64,000 nt of DNA, from contig NMRA01000010.1 in the NCBI GenBank assembly GCA_002633005.1, positions 1,990,516 through 2,054,515 on the forward strand. Direction: 5' to 3'. The position numbers and the translations under genes were made by a program. The notes below the pieces were generated by a model, which saw nothing but the letters and a program-made list of their open reading frames with translations, searched no databases and was not told the origin of the DNA. This document shows positions 50,801-59,800 of the stretch, one piece after another. Numbering within the stretch: position 1 is the stretch's first letter; every line of letters starts with the position of its first letter. Source of the DNA: Phoronis australis. Lineage: Eukaryota > Animalia > Phoronida.

Positions 50801-53800
50801 TCATCATTGATGAAACACACTTTTTTAATTTCTTTAAAAGGCACCATTTTGCTAGTGCATAAACATATATTACTTTGAGCTCCCCCTGTTGCAGGTTACA
50901 TTGAGTCTGTTTACCCCATGCTGAAACATGCCTTGGACACATGTCTTCAGGCCTACAACCAAGGTACTAACCAGAAGGTGGAGCTAGTGTTCTTCAAAGA
51001 GGCTGTACTGCATATTTGCAGGCTGACCAGAGTTCTGGTAAGTCTTGGAATTACAATAAGATTAAATCATGCGTTTTTGTCAGTTTTTTTCAAATTAATT
51101 CATATGCTTTGATCTTAAATTATGCGCATTCTTGATATCTTTTTGTTTCATTTTGTGTCGGTAGGCTCTCCCAGAATCTCATGCGTTGCTGATTGGACTG
51201 AGTCACTCAACAGGGCGCGCTACTCTAGCACGTCTTGCCGCCTACACTGCCAGTTGCAAGGTAAGGCATGTTTTTATGGAAAACATTAAACTTAAAATGA
51301 CTTTTCAATTCCATGTGATCGGTCTAAAGTAGTTGTAAGAGATTCATTGAATCATATAATTCTGCATTGTCAACACCAAATGGCTGTTGTACATCTTGAA
51401 CTCTGGGAACTATGAACTGGACATGCAGTCATCACCAATTTGAATTCTACTTACTCACAATGTTCAGGTTATTGTCCTGATAATGAAAACAAATATTTAC
51501 TTTTGCCTTCTCAATACCACGGGCTGAGTGTGTACTGGCTTAACGTGTCATCCACCAAACAAAGTTAACACTTGTGGTTTGCCCAGGAACTTTGACCAAC
51601 CCGAGTGGGCGTGCTGGATACTCAGGACAGACTGATAAAACAGCATTATGTTATGAACGTCTCAATAGGTTTTCTTCATTTGAGAAGAATTTAAACCTTC
51701 TATAAGGTGTTTCTGTTACAAAATGTGATTCATACTTCGAATTATACAAACTGCAAAGAACGTAAAATTAGGTTATTAACTACGACAAGTGAGGCAAGGA
51801 TTGTGGTTCATTAATTAATCATTACATCTTGAGTTAAGGATTTTTTGAATAAGTAGACTAGTAGTCAGCAGCATTATTCACTTCAATGTTGTCTTCAACC
51901 TGGTTACAGTTATTTGAACCTAAGTGTCAGTCATCTGCGGAGAAAACGCGACGTGTTCTACATGAGCACATGAAGCAAGCGAGTTATATGGCCGGCATCA
52001 ATAACCGTGGGACGGTGTTACTCATACAGCAAGACATGGCTGATGACTGTTTACAGGACATAAGCTGTCTTATTAGAGAAGGTAACATTAGCCTTGTGTT
52101 TCTGTATGATAATGACAAAGATTAGATGGCAATTCTCCACGTCTTATTTTTGTTCAAAAATAATTACCAAAATTTCCATCATTCAGTTTTTAAAAGACTG
52201 ATCACCTTGCTCTAAATAATGTCAACCTTATCAAATGTTGTTTTATACCCTCTACACACTACAAACCATGCTGGTAATAGACTAACATTTTTTTAGTCTT
52301 TATTTTTCCGGTGAAATTGGACAAAATAGAGTTTCACTCGTCTCTCATATTGTGTGCTAAGTAAGTGAAAACTACATTTTCCATCTTATCATGTGAAGGT
52401 TAACAAACCTGAGTCACTCCTATAGACTTGCCTTCTTTCTTCTTCACATTTTCTTAAGCTCATGCATAATGCTTGACTTGAAACTAGTTGTATGTCATTG
52501 TTATGCAACGATGTTTATGTAATGTTGCAGAACTGATATTAGTGGTATGGTGTCCATTATTATACCCTACTTATGCTCCTGTTGTCATGTTGCCTAGCTA
52601 CAAACCCAGACAAAGTTTGAAATATCTCACGCTGATTTTCCATCTTGTCCTTATTTGGGCCTGTTGAGAGAATTACGTCACTCCATAACTGCGGTGACAA
52701 TCCCCACCTAGATGTATTTGTTTAATATTAATTACCTTTGAATTCTTTCTTTGTTATTTCATTGAATTGATGCAAGACTTGAACACTCCTTGGTCTATTT
52801 TTGTCTTTACAATAATTACAGTTAACATTTTAATTGCTTTTGTCTCCTGCCAGGATCTTGTCCTTCTCTGTACAGTATGACTGAGCTTCAACAGATCACT
52901 GGTGGTTTGAATGCCGGTGGTGTGATAACGAGGCGCATGGATAAGGTCGACCATGCCATTGAGAAGTTCACAGCCAAGGTCAAACAGAACCTTCATGTTA
53001 TTGTCAATCTCAATTACAAAGGTGAGAACTCTATCGATTGTGGACAATTCTAGATTAAATTCTACCTGAATTCCATCAGGTTAGCGCCTACCTTTGGCTT
53101 AATTATAGCAAATTAAGGCAGTATTTCTTAAAGAATTTACACCCATTCGGGTTATCATCCTACGCTCTGCTCAGTACTCCCTGCAGTATTCTTTATTCTA
53201 AAAATTTTCACACATGTTTGATTATATGCCCATTCTCCAATGTACATTTGGGAATTTAAATTATTTTTCTTTACAAGTTCCCAAATGTTTTGTTTCATTG
53301 AAGGAAACATATATTGAGAGTTCACAACTCACATTAGAATTGACTTTGACTTTTTAGCTTAGGAAGAAAGGACAACTCAGTAAGTTACACTAAAAACACA
53401 AAAGATGGCGTTAGTGGTGATACATTGGGACTAAATGTGTGCTAAAAGACACAGTTAAGAGCAACAATGCAATATGTTTCTGCAGGTACCCTGAATGTCC
53501 TTGACTTCAACTCATTACATCATAAGTTGAGTAAATGTCCGACATTCCTCACGCACATGACGTGCGTGGATGTGTATAAAGAGTGGACCTCCGATGCATT
53601 TGTCACCGTCGCCGAGACATGGCTCAAGGATACGAGTGGGGTGAGTCAATTATTTTACTCAGGATTTATTATTATTGGGAGGGGGGTGGATTTCTGTTTG
53701 TTTTTAGCCTGGTTAGCATAATTCACGGTTTTTCTTCGATTGCATTGTCCAACTTGTGTCTTGTTTTCAATCAATACTGCAGTAGCAGTAAGCCACTTTA

Positions 53801-56800
53801 TTAGGCAACTAACTTTGTCATGTTGAAATTGTTGAACAATGTCGTCATGCCAACATTCTACTGCAATTAAATTAAGATTAGGTGTTACATGTCATGCTCA
53901 AATCTTGACTGCGAAAATTGACCAAGTGTGTGGTGCATTTCGATTACACATTTAAATTTTTATGAAATGTAGGTCAATTTTCCAGTCTCGGGCAAAAGTT
54001 TTGTTGGTTACGCAGTCCATGTGTCTCATGTGGCCATATGCATAATCTCTATACATTCTGTGGCACGTTCAGTCTTCAAATCGTGTTGTTTGGGCCGTAC
54101 TTGATAACATGTCCTTTCTTTCCGTACCCACAGATCCAAGTGCATTGGAGTGCATCTGGTCGCGACCGCCAGATTCATTCCGTCGCCCAGGCCATGTCCT
54201 ATATCCACAAGTCGGCGCGCCTGGCAATCCAACGTCTGTACTCGCATCAGCCTCAGATGGAACGATTCTACACACCACTCACTTACCAAGAGTTTGTGCA
54301 CATGTTCAAGGTGGTTGCTGCTCATATAGAGGGGGAGGAGCAGGTGGGCAGGGCTTAGGGGCGGAGCTTACAGAAAATGATATTTACTTGGTGGCAACTA
54401 ACTTTCACTCGTGAGGTTATAGACACCTCAAACCAGCATGTGTTGCAATGAAGTTCAAATAGCTGCTTACTTTTGTGTGATTGGCTTATCTACTTTGCTC
54501 ATCGTGAAACAATCTGAACAACTCAGCTGTATCTGATTAACATATTTCTACAATTGTGATGGCAGTTTTCATAATCAAACAACTGATTGGTTGCAAGGTT
54601 GCATTTTGATGAAAAAATCATGTAGCTCATACCTTGTTTAAAAGACACTTGTCTGTTGTATATAAACTTAATACATGCTCTGCACTAACTGAAAATTGAT
54701 CCGGACATTGCAAAGCTAACTAGATTCTTTTACGCATGTTGATTATGTCAGCCATATTCATGCAAGAACACGGTGGTGCCCTCTGGTGTCCTTCGTAGAG
54801 ATAAGTCCAGGAAGAATTCCTATAAGAACGAGGCATTTTCTCACCAATTGAAGCGCATAAACTTCCTTATGGAATATGATGGCTCCTCATCCAAAAGTGA
54901 AAACATTTTAAAAATAATTTCTAACAGCATTTGGGAGAACAATGCATAAAGCATGGTATGTTAAAAGTTTTCTGAAATATTTGACAAATTTGGACATTTC
55001 TCTGTTCTGCCTTAGTACTATTCATGTTTTCTGCTTTATTTGCGGCATTTTCTAGAAAACCATTGAGCGTAATCAGTGTGCACTGAAGCGTGTCGATGAG
55101 GCCATCGAGGAAGTGGACAAACACAAGAAATATGTGGCCTCGCTGATGCCGAGACTGGAGAGGGCGCTGAAGAATGTTGATCAGTGTCTTCAGGATGTTC
55201 AGAAGTCAAGAGAAGAATACAAGCAGGTAATTGTAGTGTATGGGATGGATGCCTTCAGTTCATTCTCTAAGTGGTTCATAAGTCTAGAGAAGAATACAAG
55301 CAGGTATATTCAGTGTACGTATGTCTTGACCATTCAGCATTCAAAGGACATGGTGGAGGAAGTGGTTCAGAAGGCTTGTGGAAGAGCCACAGTGAAAATT
55401 GAAATTAAGATTCATTGTTATGAGGTCGCATAGAAGTGAAAATCTTTGCCAACATTGTACAAAGAAGTAATGGTATCTTTCTCAGAATTTTGCCTAATCT
55501 ACTTTTATGGGACTTTTAACCTGATGGGTCGATTTTTTTATTCATGTTTAACAGACTTCTTGAAATCTTTAATGTCACATATATCTACTAAATGACTTCT
55601 GTCTTCATGTGAAGTAGTTTGGGTGTCATTATTCCCCTGTGGACCTGTTCATAAAATACACCATGCCGAAATGTGAACAACCAAATTACTAAAAGATCAT
55701 TTCTTTTGTTTACTAGATAATTTTAATCTGTGATCTCTTCCTGTGACTTTAGGCCCTTGATGACTGTCGGGAGCAGGAACTGCTAATCTCTCAGAAGGTG
55801 GCGCCAGTGCAGCAGTGCAGGAGTGAAGCCAAGGCTGAGTTTAATAGGGTGTGTGACAATGATTATTAATAACACTTCATGTAAATGGGTGGTAGTGCAC
55901 CAGAAACTGTTGTGAGAAGCTGTGGTCATTCACAGCTATGTTGGAAGCCTTTTTAATATGAAAAGTATTAGGTTCTGGCAGTTATTTTTGTCATATTGGT
56001 GAATTGCACACTTAAGACATTCATATAACATATATATGATTGTGAGGTTTTGCAGTGGCAACATTTTGTTCCCTCATGACTGAGAATGAAGAATATTAAC
56101 GGAACAAAGAAAGGTGGCTGTAATGCATTCTGTAATTAATCGTCATTTTTGCTGTTAACATTATAGTCATCACGACAGGGAAATGTTTTTTGTCTGTCTT
56201 ACTTCAATTTGTCTTGTACCATACCTTGCAGTGTAATTTTATTTGGCATTCTAGATCAATCCGGTCTACAGCGCTGCCCTGGCTGCTCTGAGAGCGCTTA
56301 GTCAACACGACGTTGAGGAGATTCGTACCTACCGCGAACCCCCACAGAGGGTGATACTGGTGCTTCAAGCTGTGGCCATGTTGTTTGGAATGGAACAAGA
56401 GTATGTTGTCTTTCTGTTGCAGACGTTATAAGATTTTAGTTAAAATTACATCTTTTGGGTACTCTTCAGAAGTCGGCACCATCTCCAAACTCTGTGCTTA
56501 GCAAGTGTGGCTTAATGCGGTTTTTGTCCGTAATTGTTTGATGGATGATACAAGCATGCCATCTAGCATGTACATTGCTTGCAACTTTTTGAGAAACATG
56601 TGCAAGTCATTTAAAAGGTCCAACACTATGTCCACTTTTTCAAGATGGCTGCCAGTGTAAGCAAAGACATCAAAATATAGTATTGACAGCTGTTTGTCAT
56701 TTCACGACAGGAGATAAATTTATTGATTTTGTATGGACACAAGCACATGGGGTTAGTGATTATTGCTCATAACTTAGGAGTTTTTCCCTAATCTTGGATA

Positions 56801-59800
56801 TTTGCAATTTAAGAACAGCATTACTGTTGCTATATAATTTTTCTAAATGAATGTTGAGTTAGCGTCACCTATTGTTGAATTGATGCAGCCANATTTTACC
56901 GCAGTTAAAATCACATCTTTTGAGTACTCTTCAGAAGTCGGTACCATCTCCAATCTCTGTGCTTAGCAAGTGTGGCTTAATGCGGTTTTTGTCCGTAATT
57001 GTTTGGTGGATGATACAAGCATGCCATCTTGCATGTACGTTGCTTATAACTTTTTGAGAAACATGTGCAAGTCATTTAAAAGGTCCAACACTATGTCCAC
57101 TTTTTCAAGATGGCTGCCAGTGTAAGCAAAGACATCAAAATATAGTATTGACAGCTGTTTGTCATTTCACGACAGGAGATAAATTTATTGATTTTGTACG
57201 AACACAAGCACATGGGGTTAGTGATTATTGCTCATAACTTAGGAGTTTTTCCCTAATCTTGGATATTTGCAATTTAAGAACAGCATTACTGTTGCTATAT
57301 AATTTTTCTAAATGAATGTTGAGTTAGCGTCACGTATTGTTGAATTGATGCAGCCAGCCGGTCAGAACCGGTCCTAACTAGTCGGAATCTGTCATACTTG
57401 ACATTGTGGAATTAACAATTGAATTTTAAGAGATGTGTACTTTTTCTTTAAAATGTTATTCTAGGCAAACATTTCGGATTTTGTGCATGGCATCAAATGA
57501 GATATTGGGTCCACAAGCTTGGCTTTTTGTTTACTGAAACTTAGCTCCAGTGTGCGTGGCAGTTCTTAGATATAAGGAAAATTATATTCACATTGTGGAA
57601 ATAAAGTTCAACAATTTATGTGATAATTTTATAGCAGTAGTTTGAGGCCTTCTGTTCCAATTTTCTTTGTGACTTTTAATGGATTTTGTGTGCTTCAGCT
57701 GGGAAACATCGCGATCGATGATCTATGGTGCTAGCTTCTACCGTGAGCTCGAGTTCTACGACAAGAACAACATGTCTGACGAAGTGTTCGAGAAGCTTCA
57801 CGCATTCATCTCCAATCCCGAGTTTCACCCTCGCACCGTCCTGAAGGCGAGTAAGGCAGCCGCCTCTCTCAGCCTCTGGGTACACGCACTCTACAACTAC
57901 AAGAAGATCTCCAACAAGATGGCTCCTAGCCTGGCAGCACTGCACCAAGCTGAGCGAGACCTGACAAAGGTAGTCATGTCTCACTGACAATGATCGCTTT
58001 CTTCTGCTGTCTTTGAATAATTGAGATTTGTATAGCACAAGCCTTTAAATACATGTTTTACTTTCATGACCAGATTCTTTATGATTGTCAGTGGTTAACA
58101 CTGCCTACTGTCTTGACTGTGTTGTCACATAATGGTTTAACTTGGCTTGTCCAATCAATAACCCAGCTGAAGTTATCGTTGTCATCTAATTACTGCTAAA
58201 GAATGAAGATTGATGAATTGGTAAACTCTGTTGTAAATACCTGTAGTTGTTTCAAGTGGGAATTAATGTCATTCTGTGTTAATGGTTGCAGCAACAAATT
58301 GTGTTGGGACAGAAGAGGATCGAAGCCGGACGTGTGAAGCGGATCCTTCAACAAAACATAGATAAACACAGAGAAGCTGTGAGGGAAGCAAAGTCTCTGG
58401 AAAAGCAAATCATGGTATTGATTCCGGTCTCAAATTTCTGGGCAGCAGGGTTTCTTCCATAGCATGGGTTCCTGTACAGAGGTGTCACCACACATTGAAA
58501 ACCCAAACTATCATAATACCTGAACAACTGGGAAAATAGGTGCTCAAGACAATAATTGCTATTGATGAAATGCTTTACCCATTGTTACTGTTTTCAATTA
58601 TTGCTCCTTCACGTGCAGAAAACAGTAATTGTTTTCAAAATAAAGTTCAACAGAACTCTGCCAGACTGCCGAACATTTTGTTAGAGTTATTTGGTAGTTT
58701 TAGCTGATCTTCTGTCACCTTAAAATGGCGTTTCTGTTGAAGTTTTGTTGAAGCTTAATGTGGTGTTATTGTGCCTAGTCGCTTATTGTTTATTGATGTA
58801 ATGGTTTTATGCTGTAAGTTGCTTCAATTTCTCCAAAATGAAGGGTTTTTTTGAGACTTAGCTTGAATTGAAACAGAATCTAGTTGACAATAAGTGAATA
58901 TTTAGTTGCATTTTTGTATGCCGAAACTTTGTTGAATTTTGACATTGTCCAGTTTATTTTAGAAGTTCAGTAAATCCAGAGCAGATTTGTGTCTGCTGAA
59001 TGTATGTTTAGGCTGGAACAGAATTGCTTCTGTATGGCTGTCATGTTGGTTTTGTTTTTGTCTTCCTTTGGTACAAACCAAAAGAACTTGTATACATTAC
59101 AATGACTTCGTTTTTCTTTTGCAGAACATTGAAGGCAACGTCACCGAGTCTAACGATGTTATGACCAAGATGTCTCCGCTTTTCACAAGGTGGCGCTCAC
59201 AGCTCAACTCGGCCAAAAACCGCCTGCAGACATTGCCAGGTGATTGCCTGCTAACAGCCGCGGCAGTTACGTATTATGGCCCTCTGAACTGGGAGATGCG
59301 CGAAGAGCTGATGGCTGACTGGAAGCACAGGTGCATTGTGGGAAAATTTGACTGGAAGAACATTGACATGAGTGTGCGGAAACGAACAGTCTTGAGCGCC
59401 AAACTTCACAACATTGCATGGGAGCTTCCCGATAATGCTGAGGGTGGATCGAACGATATGAAACTTGATTCACCAGCACACGCGGTAGAGAGGCCACAAA
59501 CATCATCCAAACATCTAACAAAAGATAATGCTGGCAATGACCATCCAAAATTATCCTCGTGCTTGCCGCTCAGTCACCAAGGGCAACGTGTGCGGAACAT
59601 CGAATTCCGTAACAATCTGGAAATATTTGACCGTGCCATTGAACGCCATGTGGAACAAGACAAAAGAAAATCTGACAATCCCGTGGCGGTGAGGGAGCAG
59701 TTTTCGCTGGAGGAGGTGTTAAGTTCATTCGATGAGCTCAGCGAGTGGCGTACATCTCACGTTCCTCAAGTAAGTTCATGCATGTAGTGGGTTGCGGAAG

